Below are positions 10,281 through 19,908 of a stretch of 64,000 bases of DNA, one piece after another. The translations under genes and the position numbers were made by a program. This stretch comes from Polyangiaceae bacterium (GTDB lineage Bacteria; Myxococcota_A; Polyangia; Polyangiales; Polyangiaceae): contig JBILLK010000015.1 of assembly GCA_044376115.1 (NCBI GenBank), forward strand, positions 168,423 through 232,422, written 5' to 3'. The notes below the pieces were generated by a model. The model was not told where the DNA came from, did not search any database, and saw nothing but the letters and a program-made list of their open reading frames with translations. How positions within the stretch are numbered: the first letter of the stretch is position 1; every line of letters begins with the position of its first letter.

Positions 10281-12965
10281 ATGGCTCGTCGAGTATCAGG
10301 CCCCCGAATCTCAACAGCGCTGTTACTACTTCCGGTACTTGGCCTGGTTGCCTTCCAGGGCTGCGCCACCCTCCCCACCGTTGATGGCAATACGTGCGGC
10401 GATGGGCTGCGCGCTGAGCAGGAGCAATGTGACCTCCCGAACGGCGGGGATGCCGCAACTGGATATTGCGGAAAGGCTGGAACCGAACACGAATGCCTGT
10501 GGATCGCTGGACCTGAGACCGCGGGATGTAGCCTGGGGAAGCTTCTAGATGGCGAGCGCTGCCTCGTGGCTTCAGGCGTCTTCGGCGCGGAGGAAAGCCT
10601 CCCAAGCCTTTACCCGGTAGCGACCGGAGACTTCGACGGCGATGGACAGGTTGACCTCGTCCATGACAGCTCGAGCAGCCGGACTGTGACTTTCTTTGAT
10701 AACGGCCTAGCGGTGAATCCCGGCGTGGTGGTTGGGGCCAACAACTTCAACGACTGGCCGGCCGTTGACGTGGATAGGGACGGGCGAACCGACTTGCTCA
10801 CGCCCACCACCGCGCGTGACGCCCTTGGGGTACTTGCCGGGCAGTCCAGTAGAGGGTTTGCAGCACGCTTTCAATCGTCGGTAAGCGTCCCCGCAGACAG
10901 CGGGTTGTTGGTTGCTCTCCCGCCAGCCCCGCGCACTTTCGAGAAACAAGAGTACTTTGACGCCGCAGACAGCTCCTTGCGTCAGCTAGGCGTCATCTAC
11001 AAGAACGAGGGTTCGGGAGCAGCGCTTTGCCGAGTAGGGTTGGACACCGAGTGTGCGCTCCTCGAAGACGCGCTACCTGGTCTTTCTATTGAAGAGGCAA
11101 CATCGGCCATCATCACCGACCCGTTCTTCCGCAGCAACGGGGGCACCAACGCTTACGTGACGGCGTACGCGGCGAAAGCGACTGCGACTGCATTCAGGCT
11201 ACGCTCCACACCCACTGGGTTCACGATCGAGCCAGTCCCAGTGTCCCAAGAGATCTTTGAGAGCAACGATCAGTGTGCTGCGTGCGGCGTTGGCACATGT
11301 AGCTGCGCAACGACGTCTGCCAGAGGGATATTCGCCATGCGAGTCGTACCGACCGAGCCCAATGGCTCTAACTTTGTGCTCGCAGCAGCCGTTGCCTTCA
11401 AGATTGGGACTCAGGAGTATCTTGGCGCCTTCATCACTGGACTCGAGGCGGGAACAGCTTTCACTCCGGTAAACACTGTCGAGTCGGCCCTCCCACTGAA
11501 CGGCAACATCTCGCGGATTGAGTTAGGAGATCTGGACGGTAACCCAGGAACTACAGAGTTCATTGTGCGCGAGACGCAGCCTGATGCGAGCTACTGCGTC
11601 TTTCTGGGGAAAGGCGCCATCGCAGATTGCCCCGATGGAAACTACACCGTGGGTGATGTCAATGGAGATGGATTTGAGGATGTAATCGGCGCGGATAGCG
11701 AGTCGACGGTTGGTGGGGTCATCTACTTTGGTGGCATTGATCTTCCACTTACCAAAGCGCCACTCGTCATAGAAGGTTACAACCCAGAACTTTATGTCGC
11801 TGACCTGGATGGGAATGGCATCAAGGACGTTGTCGTAACGACCACACCTGCCCCAGAGGCGGGCCTTGAGCGAAGCCTCGTCATCCACTTTGGTCGACCG
11901 TTTGACGTGCCAGCGCCACCCGTCTCTCTCGGAAGCGCCCCGAACCGACAGGTTTTGCCAATCAAGCTTCAGGTCAAATCGTCGGTAGATTTTGCTGGCG
12001 AGACGGCGGTTAGCGATGGCATTGACGACTTGGCCATCCTTCAGTCGGGGGACTCGGCGAGCTTCGTCACTGGAGACATCAACGGCTATCCACTATCGCC
12101 CTACTTCTTTGCCAAGGATGTTCGCGACAAGCTAAAGCTTGCCGAGACAGACCTTCCGCTGCTTGTCTCAACAATCGCGCTACCAAACCGGGCAACGGCA
12201 ACAGAACAAGGTGAACCTCCACCTCCGAACGAGGATGAACCGATTGCGCTCCTCACGTTTCTCGTCATTTCGGGAGAGAAGGAGTCGTACGCCATGCTTC
12301 CGCTGTTTGCGCGAAGCGGGCAGCTGAGCCTCAACTCAGCCAACGCCACGAGTCAAGCGCTGGACCTGGGAGGTGCCTTCCCTGTAAGCGATGCCGTTTT
12401 CTACGATAGAGCAAAGACGAAGTTCGGGGTGGTCGCTGCCGCGGACTACAACAGCGGTAAACGCACTGTACTGCTGCTCTCCCTTGATGGAGCAACGCTA
12501 ACTCTTGGAAAGTCGGTGGAGGTTGACGCCTTTATCGGCGAAGATGGAGGCTTTATTGAACCTAGGATTCTAACCAGCTCGCTTCCCCCAGTTTCTGAGG
12601 ACTCCACCCTGTGGTTGCTTCAAAGAACCGAAGAAGGGACAAGCCTCACGTCATTAACTGACGTAATTGAGCCCTTCGCGTTGGACACCAAAGATACTGG
12701 AGTGCAATGGCTTGGCCCTCACTCGGCGCAGATCGGAACCAAGGTAGTAGACTTCCGTGCCACGTTAGCGAGCGACCCCCCAAAGCTTGTGGAAGATACC
12801 TGTTTAAAAGCAGACAAGTCTTTCTTCGATCCATTGCTCCACACGTCTGCATTCTACCTAACCGGCAACGGCCTGCCTGATCGGGTTCGACTGTCCCCGG
12901 TAAGCATCGCCCCCCAGCTCGAGGGAACAACCTGTGAGGCTATTGAGGCAAGCAACTCGAACTAA
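10281..12965 (+). CDS. FG-GAP/VCBS repeat lipoprotein with myxobacterial Cys-rich motif
   Basis: Lipobox-like FQGC, CGDGLRAEQEQCD motif, several GDFDGDG/DVDRDG/GDLDGN/GDVNGDG Ca-binding repeats. Confidence 0.75.
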   Translation: MARRVSGPRISTALLLLPVLGLVAFQGCATLPTVDGNTCGDGLRAEQEQCDLPNGGDAATGYCGKAGTEHECLWIAGPETAGCSLGKLLDGERCLVASGVFGAEESLPSLYPVATGDFDGDGQVDLVHDSSSSRTVTFFDNGLAVNPGVVVGANNFNDWPAVDVDRDGRTDLLTPTTARDALGVLAGQSSRGFAARFQSSVSVPADSGLLVALPPAPRTFEKQEYFDAADSSLRQLGVIYKNEGSGAALCRVGLDTECALLEDALPGLSIEEATSAIITDPFFRSNGGTNAYVTAYAAKATATAFRLRSTPTGFTIEPVPVSQEIFESNDQCAACGVGTCSCATTSARGIFAMRVVPTEPNGSNFVLAAAVAFKIGTQEYLGAFITGLEAGTAFTPVNTVESALPLNGNISRIELGDLDGNPGTTEFIVRETQPDASYCVFLGKGAIADCPDGNYTVGDVNGDGFEDVIGADSESTVGGVIYFGGIDLPLTKAPLVIEGYNPELYVADLDGNGIKDVVVTTTPAPEAGLERSLVIHFGRPFDVPAPPVSLGSAPNRQVLPIKLQVKSSVDFAGETAVSDGIDDLAILQSGDSASFVTGDINGYPLSPYFFAKDVRDKLKLAETDLPLLVSTIALPNRATATEQGEPPPPNEDEPIALLTFLVISGEKESYAMLPLFARSGQLSLNSANATSQALDLGGAFPVSDAVFYDRAKTKFGVVAAADYNSGKRTVLLLSLDGATLTLGKSVEVDAFIGEDGGFIEPRILTSSLPPVSEDSTLWLLQRTEEGTSLTSLTDVIEPFALDTKDTGVQWLGPHSAQIGTKVVDFRATLASDPPKLVEDTCLKADKSFFDPLLHTSAFYLTGNGLPDRVRLSPVSIAPQLEGTTCEAIEASNSN

Positions 12966-12967
12966 CC

Positions 12968-14020
12968 TCAGGTACCTTGTGGACCACAAGCGCCAGTCAG
13001 CTCGCCATTGAGATAACACGGCAAACAGGCGTAGCCATTGGGGCAAGTGGTTTGAAGCACGAGGTCATGAAAAGGGAATTCTTTCGCCTGCACTTCAATC
13101 GAGAGTGATTGGGTCTCCACCTCGGGAATGCAGCGCGGTAGGCATGCTCCCTCAACACTTCCGCCGCTGAACTGAATAACGATGTCGGGCTCACAAGCCG
13201 TGCCCTCGAAGAACCCTTGGCTGGTGATTTGCTGGTAGACCTCGTCCGGGACGCAGCTGGTATCAGCCTGGCCGAGGGCCTCACACTCTGCTGTATCAAG
13301 CTCGACGTCACCACTTGCTCCGCTTACCAGGCTATTCGGCAAACAATGCCCTACGCCTTTGGACGCACAACAACCTGTGAAGGTGTTTTGCTCGACCGGA
13401 GTCGCCGGCGGGTCGTCACAGCTGAGTCCGCAAGCGCCGGTTGGCTCGCCCGTGAAAGGGTCGAAACAGGGTGCACACTTCTCGCCGAGTTCGCATACGT
13501 CCACCGGCAGGAACGCAGCCTGCTCGGCGACGGACGGTAGACAGGATGAGACGCATCGACCCTCGAAGCCGTTCACCGACGTGCAGTTCTTCAGATCGAA
13601 CTTGTTCACGGTCTCGATGAACTTCGCGGGAACACACTTCGTCAGCCCATCAGGGCAGTCGGCGAGGAGCGCGAGTTGCTCCTCGGTGATGGCGCCAAGC
13701 AGTGCCGGCTCAAGGCAGCGAGCTTCTGCAGTGCATACCTCATCGGGGCATTGCACCCCAAGCTGCAGCAGCTCCGGCTTTAGACAATCTTGTACGCAGG
13801 TGTTGGGGTCTTCCTCGCAGGCCGCAGCGGAGCCACCCGCTCCGGAGCCCGCAGTCTCGCCACCCGCACCGTCGCTGGCGCCCGCGGCCGAGCCCGTGCC
13901 GTTTGCGTTCCCGTCGGAATCGGCGCCACCGGATTCACCATCTGCCTCGTCACCACAGCCGAGAGCAACGAAGGTCAGCGCGGCGAGAACCAGCAATCGG
14001 CAGCGGTTTGACTGAAGCAT
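12968..14020 (-). CDS. Cysteine-rich lipoprotein, unknown function
   Basis: ALGC lipobox, Gly-rich linker, internally repeated C-x-P-C...G-x-x-T-G-A-C units, SD GGAGG. Confidence 0.75.
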   Translation of the reverse strand: MLQSNRCRLLVLAALTFVALGCGDEADGESGGADSDGNANGTGSAAGASDGAGGETAGSGAGGSAAACEEDPNTCVQDCLKPELLQLGVQCPDEVCTAEARCLEPALLGAITEEQLALLADCPDGLTKCVPAKFIETVNKFDLKNCTSVNGFEGRCVSSCLPSVAEQAAFLPVDVCELGEKCAPCFDPFTGEPTGACGLSCDDPPATPVEQNTFTGCCASKGVGHCLPNSLVSGASGDVELDTAECEALGQADTSCVPDEVYQQITSQGFFEGTACEPDIVIQFSGGSVEGACLPRCIPEVETQSLSIEVQAKEFPFHDLVLQTTCPNGYACLPCYLNGELTGACGPQGT

Positions 14021-14031
14021 GACCTCCCATC

Positions 14032-14047
14032 AGCACGTGCCGCGCCA
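14032..14047 (-). promoter_or_regulatory. Putative sigma54 (-24/-12) promoter
   Basis: Minus strand TGGCGCGGCACGTGCT (GG-N10-GC), with 12 nt between the GC and ATG 14020. Confidence 0.5.
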
Positions 14048-14173
14048 AGCCGTACGGATGAGCGGATCGCTGAAAAACGCGGGTGCTTGGAAAGTTCCGC
14101 TCTCGTTCATCCTATGCTTTTGAACCAAAGTCGATCCACACATGGATCATGCTTTACCACGGTAGAACTTCAG

Positions 14174-17100
14174 TCAGACCGTTGACGCCAATCGACTTTG
14201 AACAGCCGCCAAGATCGCCTCGTGGGTCACGGGCGAGGGCAGCGGAACCTCGCCGCCGGGCGCACCAAACGCGGCAATCGCATCCCGAAGGGCTTCACGC
14301 GCGCTAATGGCCAGCATCAGCGGCGGCTCTCCCACGGCTTTGCTGCCGTGAATCACGCCCTCCTGGCCTGCGTTCGGAAGCAACGTTACGCGGAACTCGG
14401 CAGGAGCGTCGCCAATCGAAGGGATCTGGTACGTGCTGGCAGAATGGGTGAGAAGCCGCCCGTCCTTCCCCCATTTGAGCTCCTCGCCTGTGAGCCACCC
14501 CATCCCCTGGACGAAGCCACCCTCAATCTGACCGCGGTCGACCCCTGGGTTGAGCGACTCCCCAACGTCGTGAAGGATATCGACGGCGATGACGCGCTTC
14601 ATGCCGCTGTAGCCGTCGACCTCGACCTCGGTGACAGCAGCTCCATAGGCAAAGTAGTAGAACGGCTTGCCCTTACCTTTTTTCTTGTCGTAGCCGATGC
14701 CCGGCGTTCGATAGAAGCCCTGGGCCGAGAGTTGAACCTGCTTCATATAGGCTCGTTCAACCACCCGCTCGAACGGAAGAGTGAGGCCGGGCACTTGGGG
14801 AGCCCGCACGAGCCCATGCTCGAACACGACAGCGCCCTCCGGAACCAACGTCCCGGATTCAGCGGTGAGGAGCTCGGCCGCGATGGGTGACAAGCGCTCG
14901 CGCAAAGTGACGCACGCCGCGCGCACGGCTTGGCCGTTGAGGTCCGCACCGCTGGAAGCAGCGGTCGCTGAGGTATTCGGCACCTTGTCGGTTTGCGTTC
15001 TCATCACGCGCACTACGTCTGCCGGGAGGCCCAGCTCGCGCATCGCGATGCCTTGCATTTTGGTGTAGAGCCCCTGGCCCATCTCGGTACCGCCGTGGTT
15101 TACCTGCACGGTGCCATCGCGATAGATGAGGACCAACGCCCCGGCTTGATTGAGCCACGTGGCGGTGAACGAGATACCGAATTTTACCGGGGTTATTGCG
15201 ATACCCCGCTTCATCCGTTCGCTCCTCTCATTGAACGCCGAAAGCTGAGCCCGTCGTTCGGTGAACTTCGCTGACTCGAGCAGGCCGCTCCAGATCATTG
15301 GCAGCCGCTCATCTCCCAACTCCTGCCCGTAGTGGGTGGTGTTGGTTTCACCGCTACCACGATAAAGGTTCCGCTCGCGGACGAGCTCGGGCCTGAGCGA
15401 AAGTCGTCGTGCGATGCGATCGAGGATCTCCTCAATGACCAGCATCCCTTGCGGACCGCCGAACCCGCGGAAGGCCGTGTGCGAGACAACATTGGTTTTT
15501 GCGACTCGCCCGCTAAAAACGCAGGTCGGGACATAGTAGGCATTATCGAGGTGGAAGACGCCGCGATCGCAGATTGACTCGGAGAGGTCCAAGGCCCATC
15601 CGCCGTCGGCGAAGAGGTCGATCTTGGCCGCTAGCAACTTGCCTTGCTCGTCGAACCCAACCTCGAAGCGAGCGTGAAATGGATGTCGCTTGCCGGTTAC
15701 CTGCATATCGACGTCACGGTCGAGCTGCACCCGAACCGGCTTCCCCGTCTTCATCGCCGCTAGGGCAACGGCGGCGGCCCAGGCGTTACCCTGCGTCTCT
15801 TTGCCTCCGAAGCCCCCCCCCATTCGCGGGGATTGCACGGTGATCTTGTTGCGCGGTCGGTCCAGTACATGGGAGACCACGGCCTGTACTTCGGAGGGGT
15901 GCTGCGTCGAGGAGGCGATGAACATCTCGCCGTCTTCACCGGGTTCGGCCCAGGCTGCGTGGGTTTCTAGATAGAAGTGCTCTTGGCCTCCAATATCGAA
16001 TTCACCGCTGAGCCTGTGTGGACTCGCTGCAAGTGACGCATCGGCGTTCCCCCTTTTGATGAGGTGCGGCTCGGAGTGAAAGCTGTGCTGTGCAATCGCT
16101 TCACGCGCGCCAAGGATGGCGGGCAGCGGCTCATAGCCGACCTTCACCTTGAGCGCCGCCTTGCGGCACTCCTCGGCGCTACGCCCCACCACCAACGCAA
16201 CCACCTGACCGTGGAAGAACACCTCGCCATCGGCGAATAGCGGCTCATCATGGCGAACTGCTCCGACGTCATTCATGCCGGGGACGTCCTTGGCGGTAAG
16301 CACGCACGCAATGCCCGGCTCGCGGAGAGCCGCGCTAACGTCGATCAAGGTGATGCGTGCGCGAGCGTGAGGGCTCATCACCGGCCACAGCTCGAGCATG
16401 TCGCGCCGTCGGGCGGTGTCATCCACGTAGAGCGCTGAGCCGGTAACGTGCCCAACCGCGCTCTCGTGCGTGAGGCTACGACTCTTATCCTGCGGGCGAC
16501 AGATTGGCGCAGCGTCATCCTCGACTTGGAACAGAATCGGCCTGTCTTGGGCCTCGCTGGTTTCTCCGCTCCAAAACTTCAAGAACAGGCCTTCAATCAG
16601 TTGGCGGCGGAACGGCGAGGCCGAGCGCACGTCATCGATCGGAGTGAACTCTTGCGCGAGGATGGGCAGGGCTTGGCGTACTGTCTCTTCACTCCAAGCC
16701 TTGCCCAAAAGAAAGGCCTCCGTCTTCCGCGCTCGCGCGGGGGTGGCGGCAACGCCACCATAGGCCAGACGTGCATGACGCACGACCTTGGCCTCATCAA
16801 GCTCCAGAACGAAAGCCGCAGCGGTAATGCTGATATCGAGTTCGCGCCGCTTGGAAACTTTGTACGAGTCCATTTGGCGCTGGCAGCTGGCCACATGCGC
16901 GCGATTGCGCGGTAGCAAGATCGTCAGCAGGATCTCGTCTGGCTCGAGCACCGTCTTTCGGTAAGCGACGAAGAAGTCGGCAAGCTTCACCGTGCGCGTC
17001 GACCCAACTTTAGCCAGGACGACCTCGGCATCGAGCGCGAGCAGGATTGGCGGCATGTCTCCGATCGGCGAGGCCGTTACAAGGTTGCCTGCTAGCGTCG

Positions 17101-17995
17101 CGCGATTGCGAATTTGCCTCGAGGCGAAGGCCCAAAGCATCTTATCGATCATTGGGTACTCGCCAGCGAGCGCTTCTTCGATCGCCGTCAACGTTGCAGC
17201 TCCGCCGATGCGGAAGAACTGGTCGTCTTGAGCGATCGTGGCCAATTCTCGTACGCCCTCTGTCGACACCAGCAACGAGTAGTGACGGTGTGCCTTATTG
17301 ATGTAAACGCCAAGCTCGGTAGCACCGCCCACGAGCTCCGCCTTTTCGCGCAGCTCCGACTTGATTTGAAGCAGCTCGGCGAGCGAACTCGGTCGCAAGA
17401 AGGTCTCCCCTTGGCTCTCGTAGGAGAACGCTGGTACCGCGCCGTCATGCTTGTTGAGCCGAAGCTTGAATAGGTCTGGGGCTTGGGGTCGGGCCGCGAG
17501 CGACTGCAGCATAGCCTCGCGAATAGGTCGGTAGCCGGTGCAGCGACAGAGATTACCGTTCAGTTGGTCTCCCAGCTGGTGCTTCTGACGTTCCTCGGAG
17601 CCGAGGTCTTCGCGGTAATACGCCTCAAACATCGAGAGCACGAAGCCGGGGGTGCAATAGCCGCATTGCGAACCGTAGTTGTCGACCATGGCCTGCTGCA
17701 CGGGATGCAGGTGCGCAGGCTCAAAGGCCACGCCCTCTACCGTGACGAGCTCACGCCCGGCGACCATCGGCAGCAGCGTGATGCAGCTGTTGATCGCGCG
17801 GTAGGTGCGTACGCCGTGTGCGTTGGTATCGACGAGCGCGACGGTGCAAGCTCCGCAGTCACCTTCTGCGCAGCCTTCTTTGCTGCCTGTTCGGCCGTTA
17901 TTGCGAAGCCAGGTAAGCAGCGACACGTTGGTCGACGCGCCCTCCACGCGAACCGGGGCACCGTTGAGAACAAAGTCGAAGGCGGTCTTAGCCAT
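14174..17995 (-). CDS. xdhB: Xanthine dehydrogenase, single-chain XdhA-XdhB fusion (2x[2Fe-2S], FAD, Mo-pterin)
   Basis: GCAEGDCGAC, QCGYCTPG, NLCRCTGY, FASRQIRNRATLAGN, GGGFGGKE, TAFRGFGGPQG, SKAVGEPP. Start taken at MAKTAF (17995). Confidence 0.93.
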   Translation of the reverse strand: MAKTAFDFVLNGAPVRVEGASTNVSLLTWLRNNGRTGSKEGCAEGDCGACTVALVDTNAHGVRTYRAINSCITLLPMVAGRELVTVEGVAFEPAHLHPVQQAMVDNYGSQCGYCTPGFVLSMFEAYYREDLGSEERQKHQLGDQLNGNLCRCTGYRPIREAMLQSLAARPQAPDLFKLRLNKHDGAVPAFSYESQGETFLRPSSLAELLQIKSELREKAELVGGATELGVYINKAHRHYSLLVSTEGVRELATIAQDDQFFRIGGAATLTAIEEALAGEYPMIDKMLWAFASRQIRNRATLAGNLVTASPIGDMPPILLALDAEVVLAKVGSTRTVKLADFFVAYRKTVLEPDEILLTILLPRNRAHVASCQRQMDSYKVSKRRELDISITAAAFVLELDEAKVVRHARLAYGGVAATPARARKTEAFLLGKAWSEETVRQALPILAQEFTPIDDVRSASPFRRQLIEGLFLKFWSGETSEAQDRPILFQVEDDAAPICRPQDKSRSLTHESAVGHVTGSALYVDDTARRRDMLELWPVMSPHARARITLIDVSAALREPGIACVLTAKDVPGMNDVGAVRHDEPLFADGEVFFHGQVVALVVGRSAEECRKAALKVKVGYEPLPAILGAREAIAQHSFHSEPHLIKRGNADASLAASPHRLSGEFDIGGQEHFYLETHAAWAEPGEDGEMFIASSTQHPSEVQAVVSHVLDRPRNKITVQSPRMGGGFGGKETQGNAWAAAVALAAMKTGKPVRVQLDRDVDMQVTGKRHPFHARFEVGFDEQGKLLAAKIDLFADGGWALDLSESICDRGVFHLDNAYYVPTCVFSGRVAKTNVVSHTAFRGFGGPQGMLVIEEILDRIARRLSLRPELVRERNLYRGSGETNTTHYGQELGDERLPMIWSGLLESAKFTERRAQLSAFNERSERMKRGIAITPVKFGISFTATWLNQAGALVLIYRDGTVQVNHGGTEMGQGLYTKMQGIAMRELGLPADVVRVMRTQTDKVPNTSATAASSGADLNGQAVRAACVTLRERLSPIAAELLTAESGTLVPEGAVVFEHGLVRAPQVPGLTLPFERVVERAYMKQVQLSAQGFYRTPGIGYDKKKGKGKPFYYFAYGAAVTEVEVDGYSGMKRVIAVDILHDVGESLNPGVDRGQIEGGFVQGMGWLTGEELKWGKDGRLLTHSASTYQIPSIGDAPAEFRVTLLPNAGQEGVIHGSKAVGEPPLMLAISAREALRDAIAAFGAPGGEVPLPSPVTHEAILAAVQSRLASTV

Positions 17996-18242
17996 TGGTC
18001 GGATGATACCCATCGCCGAAGGCGCCGCCTGCCGCAAGATCCCCCCCAAAATCTGATGGATCCAAGGGCAGTCGAGACACCTCGGGTACTTTCACCGCCC
18101 GCCGCTGAATGCAGGCCGTCGAGTGTGCAAGCGCGCCGGCTCAGCGCAGCTCTGCTTGGTCCTGACTGAGTGCCCCCATTTGTTGGCGCAATTGTCACCT
18201 CGACAGGTTGACTCGCTCGGGAGCGGACACTAAGGAGTCCTG

Positions 18243-18794
18243 ATGACCGGAGATGATCGAAGGTTCAAGGAGCCGGGCCGGTCCGGCACGGTACCTACTG
18301 TCGGTTCGACGCCCAACGGGCGGTATACGACCATAGCTTCTTCAGCGCCTCCCTCCCAACGCACGCGTAAGGCGTCGTTCACCCGGCATTCTTTCGGGCC
18401 ATTGCGAAGTCTGGTGGTCGCCCCGGATAGCGATATCCGCCGTGGTGTAACGCGGATTTTGGAGAACCACGAAGGAGAAGTGCACGCTGCAGGCTCGTTT
18501 GGCGAGGCCTTTCATCTCGTCGAGACGCTGCCTCCGGCAAAGACCTTGTTGCTCATTGATCCGTTGCTGCCAGGGTTTGAGCCCCGCCTCGTAGGCATGT
18601 TTCGCCATCATTGGAACGTTGCTGGAGGGCCAGCCGTGCTGATCTCTGCCATCAGTGCACCGGTGCTCGAAGACGTGATGAGAACAACGGGAGCGGACGG
18701 CTTCTTGGTGACCACGAAGGGGCTCCTTCATCTCGACACAGCGCTAGCAAGCTGGCTCGAGCGACTCGATCTGGCGAAAGCCAGCACAGGCTGA
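18243..18794 (+). CDS. Atypical receiver (response-regulator-like) domain protein
   Basis: REC-like pattern LLLIDPLLPG...AVLISA...GADGFL; acidic pocket degenerate (VVAPDS). Confidence 0.5.
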   Translation: MTGDDRRFKEPGRSGTVPTVGSTPNGRYTTIASSAPPSQRTRKASFTRHSFGPLRSLVVAPDSDIRRGVTRILENHEGEVHAAGSFGEAFHLVETLPPAKTLLLIDPLLPGFEPRLVGMFRHHWNVAGGPAVLISAISAPVLEDVMRTTGADGFLVTTKGLLHLDTALASWLERLDLAKASTG

Positions 18795-18802
18795 TCGCGC
18801 TC

Positions 18803-19318
18803 GTGCGAGCGCTGTTAGTTCTCATCGGGCTCGTACTGCTTTCGGGCTGTAGGCGGAACGAGCGACACCCGCAGGCCGACCCGCCAGGCATGCAGCGGGA
18901 AAAGGGAGCCAAGGTGTCGCTCCCCGCGATAGATGGATTTAGTCGACAGCGCTACGGCGCCTCAGGCGCCGACCTCGAGGCCAATGGTGGGTTGGCGCTG
19001 GTCAAACTTGGCGAGAGGCCGCTTGCGATCGTGGCCGAGGTGGACAACCTCCCGATCTTGAGTTGGTCCGCAAGGAGCTGCTCGAGTGCAGCGGAGGACT
19101 TTGCGCGCGATCGCCGCGAGCAAGTCGCTGAATACGAAGTAGCGGTGCTCGCGACGGGGGAGGCCTGTCACTACGTCACGGAGGGTCCTGGTCTGCGCAT
19201 GGAGATCTTTCATATCGCGGGCCGACCAACCTTCGTCGTCGCCTGTCGCTCTACGTTGGAGGATGCGGATTTTTCCGAGCAGTGCAGGCACGCCGCTACC
19301 TGGGTGCGGGATCGCTGA
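18803..19318 (+). CDS. Hypothetical lipoprotein
   Basis: GTG start followed by RALLVLIGLVLLSGC lipobox. Confidence 0.55.
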   Translation: MRALLVLIGLVLLSGCRRNERHPQADPPGMQREKGAKVSLPAIDGFSRQRYGASGADLEANGGLALVKLGERPLAIVAEVDNLPILSWSARSCSSAAEDFARDRREQVAEYEVAVLATGEACHYVTEGPGLRMEIFHIAGRPTFVVACRSTLEDADFSEQCRHAATWVRDR

Positions 19319-19338
19319 ACCAGAACCCGGTCGACAAA

Positions 19339-19884
19339 ATGGTGTGGCGATGCTTGGCTCTGCCGATGTGTTCCCGACGTGAGGCGTTAGCGTTGATAGC
19401 AGTGCAAGCAACCGGGCTTTGGGTCGTGGGCTGCGGCGCGGACGCGGTTACAGTTCATCTCGTACGCCACGCGGAAAAGGCCGTCCCCCTCGACGGTAGC
19501 AAAGACAAGGACCCTGCACTTTCAGAGAAGGGATCTGCGCGAGCCGCTGCACTGGCGACCGCGCTCTCAACGGTAAAGCTCAGTGCAGTCTTCGCCAGTG
19601 AATGGCGACGTACGCAGGATACGGTCGCGCCCACAGCAAAAGCGCAAGGGCTCAACGTGGAGGTCATGAAGGCGGACGACACGCCTGCGCTGGTCGTGAA
19701 GCTGAAGACGTATAGCGGCAAGCATGTACTCGTCGCTGGTCACTCGAACACGGTGCCAGAAATCGCGGCGGCGCTGGGCTTGCCGGAGCCACCAAAATTA
19801 GGTGATGACGACTACGGCGACCTATTCGTCGTCAAGGCAGGAGCCTCGGGCGCTACCCTCGAGAAACGACGCTTCGAAGGCTGA
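19339..19884 (+). CDS. Histidine phosphatase (phosphoglycerate mutase/SixA family), probably exported
   Basis: LVRHAEK, DPALSEKG, RTQDT, VAGHSNT; N-terminal SRREAL...VVGC leader. Confidence 0.85.
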   Translation: MVWRCLALPMCSRREALALIAVQATGLWVVGCGADAVTVHLVRHAEKAVPLDGSKDKDPALSEKGSARAAALATALSTVKLSAVFASEWRRTQDTVAPTAKAQGLNVEVMKADDTPALVVKLKTYSGKHVLVAGHSNTVPEIAAALGLPEPPKLGDDDYGDLFVVKAGASGATLEKRRFEG

Positions 19885-19908
19885 GCGCCACAGGGTCTCC
19901 CCACACAA

